Virus record (IMG/VR): IMGVR_UViG_3300044996_000496 | Location: 23,579 to 87,578 of that record | From: a virus | Length of the DNA stretch: 64,000 nt | Reading direction: 5' to 3' (one strand) | Shown here: positions 37,101-46,454 of the stretch, one piece after another | How the letters are laid out: every line of letters starts with the position of its first letter | Position numbering within the stretch: the first letter of the stretch is position 1 | Translations under genes and position numbers: made by a program | Notes under the pieces: model-generated | What the model saw: the letters and a program-made list of their open reading frames with translations, nothing else | Database searches by the model: none | Told to the model about the DNA's origin: nothing

Positions 37101-39901
37101 AGTTCCAGGCATTTACTGATAAATACGTTGAAGCTGGGGCCAAAATAGTAGAAAGCGCAAGAATACAAATTCGCGAAGCTGATAAATTAAGGGCCAGTTA
37201 TGAAAGTTTTGGGTTAGGTTACGACAAAGTTGGAAGATCTATAGAGACATACGAGAGTGCGGTTGAGGCTTTAATTTCTAAGCAAATTCAACTTAGAGCT
37301 GCGGAATATGCTTCAAATAAATCAGCTGGAATTTATATGGAAACTATGGCTAAATTAAATAATAGAATGGGTGACGCTGCTAGCCGTGCAGAATTGTGGG
37401 AGGAAGTTTTAGAAAGAATAGATCATGCATTTGGGACTGCAGTAGGGGCTGGTCCTGGTGGCACGAGGTTTGGCACAAGTTTTGGTTTACCAGAAGGTGG
37501 TTATGTTGAGGCGGACGGCAGAAGTCAGCTTGAAGTCCTTCAAAAACTTGAAGAAGAAAAGACAAAAGTATCTGGAGAAGCAAATAAAAAAAGAATTCAG
37601 GAGGAAATAGATAGGTTTAGAACATTTATTTCTGAGGCTCATGCCTATTTATCATTTTATAATAATGTAGTTTCAAGAGCTTTAAATGATCCAAAAATGG
37701 CCGCGGAACTTAATCTTGATAAAATTATTCCAAGAATTGAGGCAATTAAAAAATCATATAGTGAACTTGGATTTACTGAGAGTGATCGAACAATGAAAGA
37801 AATTAATTTATTACAAGAAATGTTTTTTACGCTTAAAGTGCTTAAACCTCTTTATGAAGCTAACGTCAATAAGCAGCGTGAAACTGCTGCTACTTTGCGC
37901 GAGCAGTCTTATTTGTTTGATGAAGAACGCGCAAAAATGGAAGGAATAAATAAATTAGCAAGTCATTATGGCGGATCTCTCATTGGTACTTATAGAGAAC
38001 GATTAAACGCAATCGATCAAACACTTGCTAAAGAAATTGAGGAAACTAATTTAAAGGAAGATTTAACAGATAGTCAAAAAACATATAATAATATGATATC
38101 AACGAGTAATGCATTGCACTCTAAGAGTGTTGCTTTACTTGAATATGAGTATGAAGTTAGGGAACGCAATCTTGCAAAAATTGAAAAATTGTTAAATAAT
38201 ATTAATAGTGCAGAATTGAGTAGTATTAAGATGCGCGGGAATATGCAGAAAGCATTTGCAATTACCGAGTCTCAAAGAGCAAAGCAAAAAATAAATGAAA
38301 TTAATGAAGAAATAAGATTAAATGATTATTTAACAAATCTTAAAGCTAGAGTTATAAAAAGTGCTGGATTTGATCCAGATGTTGAAGCTGAGTTGCTTAA
38401 AGATTTATACAAAGAGTCATATTATACATTCGCTGATTATGAGAGAAAAAAGGCAGAGGTCGCTAACGAGGCCGCTGCTGCATATGTATCGGCTTGGTTA
38501 AAGGCTGCGGAAAGCGTTACTAGTGCTATTACTTCTATATTTGTTAATCTTCCAAGAAATAGATCAAGAATTTATGAATCTATTTATGACATGGAGGATA
38601 AGATATTTGAAAAAAGAAGAGATATATTTGATCTTGAAAAACGACTTACTGAACAAGAGGAAAAATATGCTAACGCAAAAGATAAGACCGCAAGCGGAAT
38701 AGCTATTGAAAATATTAATATGCAATTAGACGTTGAAAGACAAAGATTGGAAAGGTTAAATGATGAGATGTCTGATTTGCATGATTGGTGGAGGGCAATT
38801 TATAATACTGTTGGTGATGTTGCCACAAAAATAGCGGATATTTATGTAGAGTCAATTGCAGAGAATCTATCAAATGAAATGACGCAGTTGGTGAGCAGGG
38901 GCGCAAATGGTGGAATGATCGGGAAGATGGTTGAGGTTTTGGGAACTGTTGATAGGGCGCACTACGAGGCTCTGTCTACTCTTAAAACCGAAATGAGAAA
39001 CGATAATTTTGAATTTCTTAAACAAAAAAGAATGTGGGAACAGGAATACTTGAATAGGTTGCAATCCATTTATGCAGGTGCTCCAGGTGGAAGCAGGTCA
39101 TATGCTGCTTCGATGCCGGGGAGTGGTGTAGTAATTGGAACCGGGGTTGGGGTTCGATCTCCTGGGTTTGCTAAAAAATATAACTATTCTAGCGATTTAC
39201 CGTATGCCCCAGCCAACATAGCAAATGATTATAAAAGCATAATATCTGAAGGTGCAGAAAAAATTGGTGAACAAAAAATAGATCCCGATAAGGGAAAGTG
39301 GAAAGATGTTTTCGAGTATGCCGCGCAGCTTATGGCCGTTAGCATAGGGCAATCAATAGGTGGCGGGGGGCCTGGGGCTGGTACTGGTGCCGCCATAGGA
39401 TCGGCGTTGGGAATGATGTCTCCGCTTGGCCCAGTTGGGTCTGTTTTGGGTGGTGGGCTTGGTGGCTGGTTGGGCGGGTTGTTTGATAAGTCAAATAAAA
39501 AAGATCCATTAAGAGATCCAATTGTTGACAATACGGATGCAACTGATAAAAACACGGATGAGCTTTATAAAGTAAGTACAGCAATTAATGACTTAAGATC
39601 TGAAGTTATTAACGCTCCGTCTAGTTTTATTTTACCACCAGCTGCACGAATGCCGTTCTTTGCTAATGGTGGATATGTTTCTAGGGGTGGGGTTGGAGTT
39701 TTGCATAAAGGCGAAAGTGTTGTTCCAAGAGGCGTTGATATTGGCGGGATCCAAATTCACATTCATGGTAACGTAACAAATGATGTGATTGATCACGCCA
39801 TAAAGAAAGCAAAAGATGAGTTTGGAAAAGTAAACATGTCTGATGATAGATTTTCAAATCAGAGAAGGCAGTCATCGGGTTCTAGGGCTAGAGTTTTGTA
39901 G
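34109..39901 (+). CDS. Tape measure protein (TP901-type core)
   Basis: 1930 aa helical; FE..L..I.KV, GVSIDE..G, RKSG..VAQSLKTIYARI, FANGGYV...LHKGE.V. Confidence 0.93.
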   Translation: MANNIELVLSSKLTNFLAQLEVARSVFGKLTSEMKTDLDALSKRSAELLKAISQAKNTLAKKDPTGEMSKSMQRQSEKFKEQQSQLKLILRSLDSYAKKMERIATAAGNASAVFKTNKKVAGAMGRPEVQARFTATDPNLVLKLKDAFEAFNRALLAVIDTRKISVQTSIEHTKALKEELTALNVLTGRAKVVANAINNKNKATRDSAKATQSASVEQRDFANMMGVAIGKIIRYRIAYIALSRTVEAFKESANLFIKFEYELGQIHKVLPDLRADMDALRSSATEFSAKFGVDLLKVVDIMKIWAQQGYEVNDLNQLTEITLRAVVGAGLDTTQAVEMLTATMRQYGLSIEETIGVIDKITYVQAKHAVTTQDLADSIKILGATAAVVGVSIDEFLGHVAAMGEVTRKSGNAVAQSLKTIYARIYRPEAIKQFQNLGIAVRSSLTEIRPVSDILFDLKQQWDGLTQAQKLNIAMAAGGVRRYADFIAMMETYDVALKAASESATSIGYSQRMMSIEMDLLYRKMEQAKASVKAWGQEYGKNSTAKLVEFLVASQRAADNMGLLSKGAAKGAASFSVFAVKVAAGFGAMAAMRVGIRELNKLMIRSVASTGVWNFGLGSLAKAYINVGKNAKDMARSARIAELDIRVLNVGMSRAEIAALKFGTAIRIASINVLAFVSRVVIAAGALVALAAKFAVWTLVATGVSYVLEKIIKKFTKAKVEIKEFDDSVFDTIVTTKDAIDAYDKQASRGQMLSNQIKKMADLYDGVNAGSNEHKYILIEMIGTIQKLNSVLGTNIEFNGDTKKLLDDLNNAEKKRIDYLNDRVEKEEKLLLIQIKNQRASLSGKITSYRKAGQALDELYNKARLFEVNDTNILSKLRGELKDPDKLGRDLSQQLNEVFKGTDIKFEFEPFAFGYDEFKNTIAAAEKDLIDYGIVSEETMHRIDKAWEDYYTNVLQYASDVDAEAIMVAQERMDRLAESIDKIGEKRATQFLGMSEDEFQAFTDKYVEAGAKIVESARIQIREADKLRASYESFGLGYDKVGRSIETYESAVEALISKQIQLRAAEYASNKSAGIYMETMAKLNNRMGDAASRAELWEEVLERIDHAFGTAVGAGPGGTRFGTSFGLPEGGYVEADGRSQLEVLQKLEEEKTKVSGEANKKRIQEEIDRFRTFISEAHAYLSFYNNVVSRALNDPKMAAELNLDKIIPRIEAIKKSYSELGFTESDRTMKEINLLQEMFFTLKVLKPLYEANVNKQRETAATLREQSYLFDEERAKMEGINKLASHYGGSLIGTYRERLNAIDQTLAKEIEETNLKEDLTDSQKTYNNMISTSNALHSKSVALLEYEYEVRERNLAKIEKLLNNINSAELSSIKMRGNMQKAFAITESQRAKQKINEINEEIRLNDYLTNLKARVIKSAGFDPDVEAELLKDLYKESYYTFADYERKKAEVANEAAAAYVSAWLKAAESVTSAITSIFVNLPRNRSRIYESIYDMEDKIFEKRRDIFDLEKRLTEQEEKYANAKDKTASGIAIENINMQLDVERQRLERLNDEMSDLHDWWRAIYNTVGDVATKIADIYVESIAENLSNEMTQLVSRGANGGMIGKMVEVLGTVDRAHYEALSTLKTEMRNDNFEFLKQKRMWEQEYLNRLQSIYAGAPGGSRSYAASMPGSGVVIGTGVGVRSPGFAKKYNYSSDLPYAPANIANDYKSIISEGAEKIGEQKIDPDKGKWKDVFEYAAQLMAVSIGQSIGGGGPGAGTGAAIGSALGMMSPLGPVGSVLGGGLGGWLGGLFDKSNKKDPLRDPIVDNTDATDKNTDELYKVSTAINDLRSEVINAPSSFILPPAARMPFFANGGYVSRGGVGVLHKGESVVPRGVDIGGIQIHIHGNVTNDVIDHAIKKAKDEFGKVNMSDDRFSNQRRQSSGSRARVL

Positions 39902-39909
39902 GAGTACGT

Positions 39910-40344
39910 ATGTCAACAATAAATCGTATGATGTTTCAGTATTATGATCCAGTTGCGGCACAGGTGTACTCGTTGACGTTGCCAATAAATCCAATTGAAG
40001 TTGATTTTGCCGAATCGTCAAATTCAAACATTATTGATACAATAGATGGCGAGCCGATTGAGCAGTTGCCAGCTTTTGACTCAAGGCCAAGAACATTAAC
40101 GTGGAACAATTTACCAAATAAAGATAAATATTTGGCAATGCTGCAATTTTTTAGAGATATGCAGGCTGTCGAGTCCGGTGGGCAAATGCAGAGACAGGAT
40201 CTAGGAATTATTGTTGGCAATGTTTGGGAACCAATTAAAGTAATAGATGTTTCATATAGTTTAGGGAAAGGGCCTCCTTCAGCAAATAATTCTTTAAAAT
40301 TTAATTCTTTGATTGTTAAATACATAGTAAGGCAAAGCGAGTAA
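39910..40344 (+). CDS. Distal tail (Dit-like) protein
   Basis: Directly after TMP; LPINP...DTIDG...R.LTW. Confidence 0.6.
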   Translation: MSTINRMMFQYYDPVAAQVYSLTLPINPIEVDFAESSNSNIIDTIDGEPIEQLPAFDSRPRTLTWNNLPNKDKYLAMLQFFRDMQAVESGGQMQRQDLGIIVGNVWEPIKVIDVSYSLGKGPPSANNSLKFNSLIVKYIVRQSE

Positions 40345-40356
40345 AGGATGGGTTAG

Positions 40357-43300
40357 ATGAAGTACGTAGCTTCGAGTGACGAAGTAAACAAAATACATGT
40401 TGCAAGAAGAAAGGTTCCTATTTTTAAAATTGAGTATTTTGATTCTCCGTATATGGTTCCATCTCGCGGAATGGAAATGAGGGTTTATAATGGAACCGAG
40501 TTTGCCGGATCTGATCTTTCATTTGTTGGATACGATAACATACTGTCTCATGACTGGTCTAAAAACGGGCCACCTGGAACCGCATATAGTTATTGTGTCC
40601 AATGGCTTGGATACTTTTACGCAAAGTACAGCGGGGCATACACGTTCTTTTTGACATGCTCAGACAGTGCCAGAATATGCATGTCAACCTCACAATCAGT
40701 TCATCCGAGCGGATTGCAGGCTGGCGACATCTTATCTATGCAAATGGTTCATAATGCTATGGAGTCCATGAGTTCTAGGGACGACTCATGGGAAAGACAC
40801 ATTGATCCATATACCTATAAAGCCTCCATTGTTTTGACAGAAGGAACCTGGTATCCTATTAGAGTAGATTTTAAGAAATTTTATGAATCAGATAATAATG
40901 GACTTGGAACAATAGTTGTTCAATATATTGAGCCAAGGTATGTTGCCAACTCAAGCGGTGAGTATAGTGATAATGAGCCGTGTGCGTTTTATGACGTAGC
41001 AAACGAAATATGTAATGCTGTAGGAAGCAATGCTATAGCGTGTTCTGGGGCACATTGGGGAATTGATTGTTTTTATGGAGAGCTTCATAATGGTCAGGGA
41101 ACTACGGTAAGTGGTCATTTATTTCCAGTTATACATAAAAAGATTCTGAGCGCTGGAGTTGTTAATTATGGTAATGGTGATGGGTGGCGCAATGCTGCGG
41201 ATAGTATGGTTGATTTTATTCAACCAGTTGAACTTGGGGATATTATTGCAGCCCAGGGCAATAAGAGAACCGGGGAAGTTTCCCAATATCTTGTAACTAT
41301 TCCGTTAGGAACTAATTCTAGTTCTAGTTATTTTTTTGATGGAAGTGCTGATAATTTCTTTAGTACAAAACTTGGAACATATATAAGGAAAAATAGGTTA
41401 GTTAAAATATATTCGTCTTATCAAACAAAATGTAATAACTATTCCGCTGGAACGTGTTCACTTGGATATGACTTAACCGCAAGTGGTTTATGGTGGTCTA
41501 AAAATTTATGTTCGAATGGTGGTAACAATATTTGTCCACACTCAACTCCCACTGATAATGATTGGGTTGGTGTATTTACCGGTGTTATATCTGATTTTAG
41601 GATAAATAGATCTGATTCTACTATAACTCTTGTATGTGATGATTTCATGTCTTTTATTCAAACTTCGATTAATGAAAACTATCCAAATATTGCCTCGTAT
41701 GCTGCTGGTGGTGGTGTTACTGGTGATACTTTGTTTTTACATAATAAATTTAATTCATTTAGACCAAATGGAGAGTTGCAAAGATATTCTCGTGATGTTG
41801 TTAATGCATATGATGGTTGGCCAGTTGGAGACGCTATAAGAGATATTCTTACAAAATGTGGCATTGATCCAACTTTGCAATATGGAAGAAAAAAAATAAT
41901 TAATGTTGATGGGACATATAGTTGGGGAGATTATTTTATTGAGAGTAATAAGTACGTTTTATCAGCCCCAAAGAATTTTGGATATGGTGATAGTACGGTA
42001 ATAGCAGATGAGAAAGAAAAAAAAGATGATAAATATATTTGGGGAAGCGACTTTGGTTCGTATCTAAATGACATATATGGTAGAATCGCTGATTTTTATG
42101 GCGTTATAACAGGATTTACTGATGATGGTTATGCAAAGTTTTTGCCATATAATGTTTCTAAAATACTGCATCCATCTCAGATAGGGTGGGACAAGAGCAG
42201 CGGCGCTAGTTTAACTACTGATATAAATGCATATAGAGGAGCTTATTTAAATCTTGGGTCTTCGGATGACTGGGCGTCGGTTAATTTTAATGGCAGTAGT
42301 ATGGACTTAATTATGACGCTCGTTAGTGGAAATGTTCATAATAAATTTAATTTAATACACGATATGTTATTAAGCACTCAGTACTCATCTTTTAATAGCG
42401 TGTTTCGTAATCGTGGCGGATATGGTAAAATGGGTGTTGATTTTGATTATCTACATGTTGGACATATAATTGGTCATCATAAATATTCAAGAAATCGTAG
42501 TTCAGATTCACAAGTTAGTGTGAGCGGGATGACATATTATTGTTATTTTATTCCTAAGGTTACTATGGAAATTAATTCATTGTCTATGTTTTGTGAAAGC
42601 GCGTTTAGAAATAAAAATATTGGAATGAATGTAAATATTAGCATAGGGCACTCGTATTATGGAGCGGGTCACTCTAGTCCAACTGCCCCACTTTTTTATG
42701 TTCATCCAGCATTTAGAAATGGAAAACATACAATTATATCAAATTGGGATCCATTCGCAACTGATGTAGTTAGCGGAAGAACATCATTTGTTTTAACTAA
42801 AGAATTTGATTTTCCATATACCATTTCTGGAAATCAAACATATTTGATTGAATTTAAAACAGATGATATTGTGGCATATGGAACTCCATTAACTGATAGC
42901 GATATTGGGTTTTATAAGTATCAAATTCCATTAGATGGAATAAAAACTAGATTTTGGTTTAGCGATTCATATAATGATTCTGGAATTGCGCATATTATGA
43001 ATACTTATCTTCATGTTAGCGATGGTGGGGAATGTGTTGGATTTATGGGAGCGGCAGATACGACTATTGGAGATATGGGATATATGGATTCTACTACTAT
43101 ACACAAAAATGAATCTACAGTTGCGACTCAGTCTATGCCAGATATTGCTTTTTTGGGATCAAACATAAATAGTCTTGTAAGGGTTTGGGCTGTCCGTGAC
43201 GGCACAACTGTGTTTGATAAGTATGTTTGTCCGATTATTCCATCCGGTCTTGTTGGTGAGTGGGGTTTAATGAGATATTTTCTAGATGGTGAAGATATTG

Positions 43301-46300
43301 GATTTTATGGGTCTAACCCAACCGTATTTCCAATTAGTGCAATGGATTTGGTTGGCCAAAATGAATATGGAAGCATAAATTCTTATGGTAATTACACATT
43401 ATATGTTTCTGGTGGAAATGGATATTGCAATATTGAAGGAGTAAGAATATTTGAGATTGATACCGACTCTCCTTTGCATGAATTTAATACTTATGGGAGA
43501 AATGCTGATTTATTTGAGCTTGATGTAAATGCATCGACTTCCGATTTGCGTAATGACGTTATAGTTGTTGGCGGCGAAAAGGGAGCGGTAATTAATGAAG
43601 CAATCAACAGGACACTAAATAGTAATAACCCAAGAATAAGATATTATTTTTCTCGTATTACAGATATTTCGTCTATTTATGATTTAAATCATAGAGACAA
43701 TATTGGACTTAGAAAGCCAATAATTGTATATGAGCCATCTATTATTAGTGACGAGCAAGCAGATGCAATAGCTAATGCGGTTATACAAAAATATTCCAAA
43801 TCAATAAAAGATCTACAGTTTGTAATACCTGGGATGCCGGATCTTGAACTTGATGATTGTGTTTATGTGAATGATTCACATACTGGTATATTGTCTCATA
43901 ATGGTAAAAGACAATGGGTTTTGGGGATTTCTGATGAAATAAAAAATGGAAGTTTTATTACAACAATTGAGTCATCCTCGTCCAAGAGATGGAATAGTGT
44001 TGAGTTTAAAGATCCGCCAGATAGCTCATTGTTTGGCAGGAATTGTGTGGTCAATGTTAAATTAACAGATGACACAGGACTTGTTAGGATAAGCGGCAAT
44101 GGGTTTGGACCCGTTTATGATCCATACGAGTCCGAAGGGACATCCTATTGGCATGTTGGGGATCTTGATGCGTGGACTAGACAGCTAATGGGATCTTTTA
44201 ATGTTGTAATTCCTGGTGAATATTTAATTTATGTTATTCCTATGATAGATATAAAAAATAGCGATTTTTCTCATATAGAAAATACAAATTTTAGTAGTAT
44301 GTCAACCGAAATTCCTGTTGCATATTTACGTCCAGGCAAAAATCCATCATCTGAGATGGAGTGGTTTTATTTGGGTCCAGGTTCGTATGAGGTTTATTGG
44401 GATGGTGTTGACTATAGTGGGGTTACTCATGGATTTTATTCTATGTCAGCTTTGGCCAAAGAAGAGGATATGGCATTGAATCTCACAGATTCTCCTGTTT
44501 ATTGTCACGATGGGAGTTATTGTATTGTTTTTAAAAGACGAAATATCGGAGAATATTCTTATGCAAATGAGAAAGGTGATACTATTGTTTCTAGTCGTTT
44601 AAATAGTTTGTATAATGATTCAGATTATGGAGTTCAGACGCAAGATGGTGGGAATACACATTCGTGTTTTTGGGATATAGTTAAAGGGCCTGGTATTAGA
44701 CTTGAAGTTATTACATATAGAGATGATGATGTGCCAGGAATTCAATTAAATAACAATGTATTTCCGCACTCTTATGGATATAGATCACATGGTTGGCATG
44801 ATGTATTTACTTCAGATCTTACGCTTGGTCTAGCTATTCAAAATGATTTTTGGAATAAACTTTCTTCACATGGAGATAAGTCTTATATAGAATTTCATGA
44901 AAGCGATAATGGTGGCAGAGGACTAAAAATAGCATTTTATCCATCTGTTTCTGGAAATTTGGATTTGGGTAATAAGCGTTTAATGGCATGTGCGGTTAAG
45001 AATCAATTTTGGAGAGCTACATGGATGCTCCCAGAAACAAAATATTCTATGGATAAAGACTCAAATCTCAGGTGGCAGGGATCCGATCCAGGCGTAGAAG
45101 ATAGATGTAAAGCTTTGTCGTTTCATGGACATCCGGCGCATTGTGTTGGGCCTATAGTGCCGATTGTTGGTGATTCCATAGGAGGCGACGATGGCAGAGA
45201 CAGGGAAAATGTTTGGAGGCGTTTGACATATGGGCATATGACATTATGGAGCGATGCCCATCCAATGAATAATTTGACAAATGATAGCGGGTACATGCCG
45301 AAGTATCCGTTGGTTTATTTGGCGGACGGCGGCTCAAGCGTTTCTCACACTGATCCAATTTATAATTCGTATGTTGGTTCTGTTTTTGAGGGGCTAGAGG
45401 GTCTCGGTGATTATGCGGCCAGGGGAATATTGAGTTTAAAATCACCATTAAATGAATTTGATGTTGATGAGCTTGGAAAAATAGAAATGCTTGAATTTCA
45501 ACCAATTGGTAGTGTATCTTTATATATTGATATTAATCAAGATGCTTTTAAATTAGATGGAGATAAAAAACTTGCTAAATTTTCAATGTCTAAGTATATG
45601 ACACCTGATAGGATGTTTCCATCAAATTCTGATGATATAAATTCAAAAGAACTTATGGAGTTTTTTAGTTCTTTGAGCGATCCAAATAGTGCTGGAGTGT
45701 GGCCCAAGAGTGTTCTATTTGCTAATGCGTTTTGGTTAAAAATATCAATGTGGGATAGATCTGGTAGAAGTATATTGTTAGCAAGTGGATCCCATGTTGC
45801 GCAATATTTGGATAATACTGATATGAGATATAAGTTTATTGCTTTTAATGATTGTGGATTTGTTAACAGAGAAGTTATAGGAAATGCAAAATATAATATG
45901 ATGTTCGTCAATGGAGAAGTTTTAAATGAACATAGTGATAATGATGATCACACTTTTTGGTATTATGGGAAAACAGAGTTTGCTAAAACAAATGAATTTT
46001 ACATAAGAGCATTCTGGAGTCCGGTTGGTGATAGAATTTGGTGGGAAGATTACTCTAAATTCTCTAGCAAGGTTGTTGCTGGTGGAGCGTGGGGATTTGA
46101 CTCAATATGGGAATCAATATCGAAAGATCCAGAAAATTACCCAATTACAACTAGTGGATTTGTTTGGGTTGATACAATTAAGCTTGTTACAGAGTTAAAG
46201 GACGGCGATTCAGTTTCTGGGACCGGGGCAACAATTGACAGAATGCCAAATGGGGCAATAAAATGTAAATTGTTTAAAATGTATTATTTAATATCAAATT

Positions 46301-46401
46301 TAAGAACTTTTGTTAACTCCGCATCACTTGGTGACCTGTCTGTACTAACTCCGTTTCCACCATGTGGTCCGCTTGGTTCCGTTGATGCTGAGTATGAATA
46401 A
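40357..46401 (+). CDS. Tail tip/hub (Tal-like) protein with PA14 and FlgD-Ig-like accessory domains
   Basis: PA14: WLGYFYAKYSGAYTF...GTWYPIRVDF; hub: VFTGVISDF, LRNDVIVVG, PGMPDLELDDCVYV; GSYEVYWDG..DGSY. Confidence 0.7.
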   Translation: MKYVASSDEVNKIHVARRKVPIFKIEYFDSPYMVPSRGMEMRVYNGTEFAGSDLSFVGYDNILSHDWSKNGPPGTAYSYCVQWLGYFYAKYSGAYTFFLTCSDSARICMSTSQSVHPSGLQAGDILSMQMVHNAMESMSSRDDSWERHIDPYTYKASIVLTEGTWYPIRVDFKKFYESDNNGLGTIVVQYIEPRYVANSSGEYSDNEPCAFYDVANEICNAVGSNAIACSGAHWGIDCFYGELHNGQGTTVSGHLFPVIHKKILSAGVVNYGNGDGWRNAADSMVDFIQPVELGDIIAAQGNKRTGEVSQYLVTIPLGTNSSSSYFFDGSADNFFSTKLGTYIRKNRLVKIYSSYQTKCNNYSAGTCSLGYDLTASGLWWSKNLCSNGGNNICPHSTPTDNDWVGVFTGVISDFRINRSDSTITLVCDDFMSFIQTSINENYPNIASYAAGGGVTGDTLFLHNKFNSFRPNGELQRYSRDVVNAYDGWPVGDAIRDILTKCGIDPTLQYGRKKIINVDGTYSWGDYFIESNKYVLSAPKNFGYGDSTVIADEKEKKDDKYIWGSDFGSYLNDIYGRIADFYGVITGFTDDGYAKFLPYNVSKILHPSQIGWDKSSGASLTTDINAYRGAYLNLGSSDDWASVNFNGSSMDLIMTLVSGNVHNKFNLIHDMLLSTQYSSFNSVFRNRGGYGKMGVDFDYLHVGHIIGHHKYSRNRSSDSQVSVSGMTYYCYFIPKVTMEINSLSMFCESAFRNKNIGMNVNISIGHSYYGAGHSSPTAPLFYVHPAFRNGKHTIISNWDPFATDVVSGRTSFVLTKEFDFPYTISGNQTYLIEFKTDDIVAYGTPLTDSDIGFYKYQIPLDGIKTRFWFSDSYNDSGIAHIMNTYLHVSDGGECVGFMGAADTTIGDMGYMDSTTIHKNESTVATQSMPDIAFLGSNINSLVRVWAVRDGTTVFDKYVCPIIPSGLVGEWGLMRYFLDGEDIGFYGSNPTVFPISAMDLVGQNEYGSINSYGNYTLYVSGGNGYCNIEGVRIFEIDTDSPLHEFNTYGRNADLFELDVNASTSDLRNDVIVVGGEKGAVINEAINRTLNSNNPRIRYYFSRITDISSIYDLNHRDNIGLRKPIIVYEPSIISDEQADAIANAVIQKYSKSIKDLQFVIPGMPDLELDDCVYVNDSHTGILSHNGKRQWVLGISDEIKNGSFITTIESSSSKRWNSVEFKDPPDSSLFGRNCVVNVKLTDDTGLVRISGNGFGPVYDPYESEGTSYWHVGDLDAWTRQLMGSFNVVIPGEYLIYVIPMIDIKNSDFSHIENTNFSSMSTEIPVAYLRPGKNPSSEMEWFYLGPGSYEVYWDGVDYSGVTHGFYSMSALAKEEDMALNLTDSPVYCHDGSYCIVFKRRNIGEYSYANEKGDTIVSSRLNSLYNDSDYGVQTQDGGNTHSCFWDIVKGPGIRLEVITYRDDDVPGIQLNNNVFPHSYGYRSHGWHDVFTSDLTLGLAIQNDFWNKLSSHGDKSYIEFHESDNGGRGLKIAFYPSVSGNLDLGNKRLMACAVKNQFWRATWMLPETKYSMDKDSNLRWQGSDPGVEDRCKALSFHGHPAHCVGPIVPIVGDSIGGDDGRDRENVWRRLTYGHMTLWSDAHPMNNLTNDSGYMPKYPLVYLADGGSSVSHTDPIYNSYVGSVFEGLEGLGDYAARGILSLKSPLNEFDVDELGKIEMLEFQPIGSVSLYIDINQDAFKLDGDKKLAKFSMSKYMTPDRMFPSNSDDINSKELMEFFSSLSDPNSAGVWPKSVLFANAFWLKISMWDRSGRSILLASGSHVAQYLDNTDMRYKFIAFNDCGFVNREVIGNAKYNMMFVNGEVLNEHSDNDDHTFWYYGKTEFAKTNEFYIRAFWSPVGDRIWWEDYSKFSSKVVAGGAWGFDSIWESISKDPENYPITTSGFVWVDTIKLVTELKDGDSVSGTGATIDRMPNGAIKCKLFKMYYLISNLRTFVNSASLGDLSVLTPFPPCGPLGSVDAEYE

Positions 46402-46403
46402 CT

Positions 46404-46412
46404 TGTATATAG
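46404..46412 (+). promoter_or_regulatory. Candidate late-promoter element TGTATATAG
   Basis: Intergenic, upstream of the tail fibre gene. Confidence 0.4.
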
Positions 46413-46454
46413 AGATAGGTAAGTAGGAGCGGTTTTTCCATAGGAGTGGTTTAA

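Noticed and set aside
39350-39490. Gly-rich GC-rich segment in the TMP as a repeat or insertion
   Set aside because: Typical glycine-zipper hydrophobic stretch near tape-measure C-termini; in frame and not a DNA repeat.
34393-39875. Antisense ORFs inside TMP and other long genes (also 1418-1780, 14285-14728, 51315-51800)
   Set aside because: Shadow frames of well-supported genes, with no SD or recognisable motifs.
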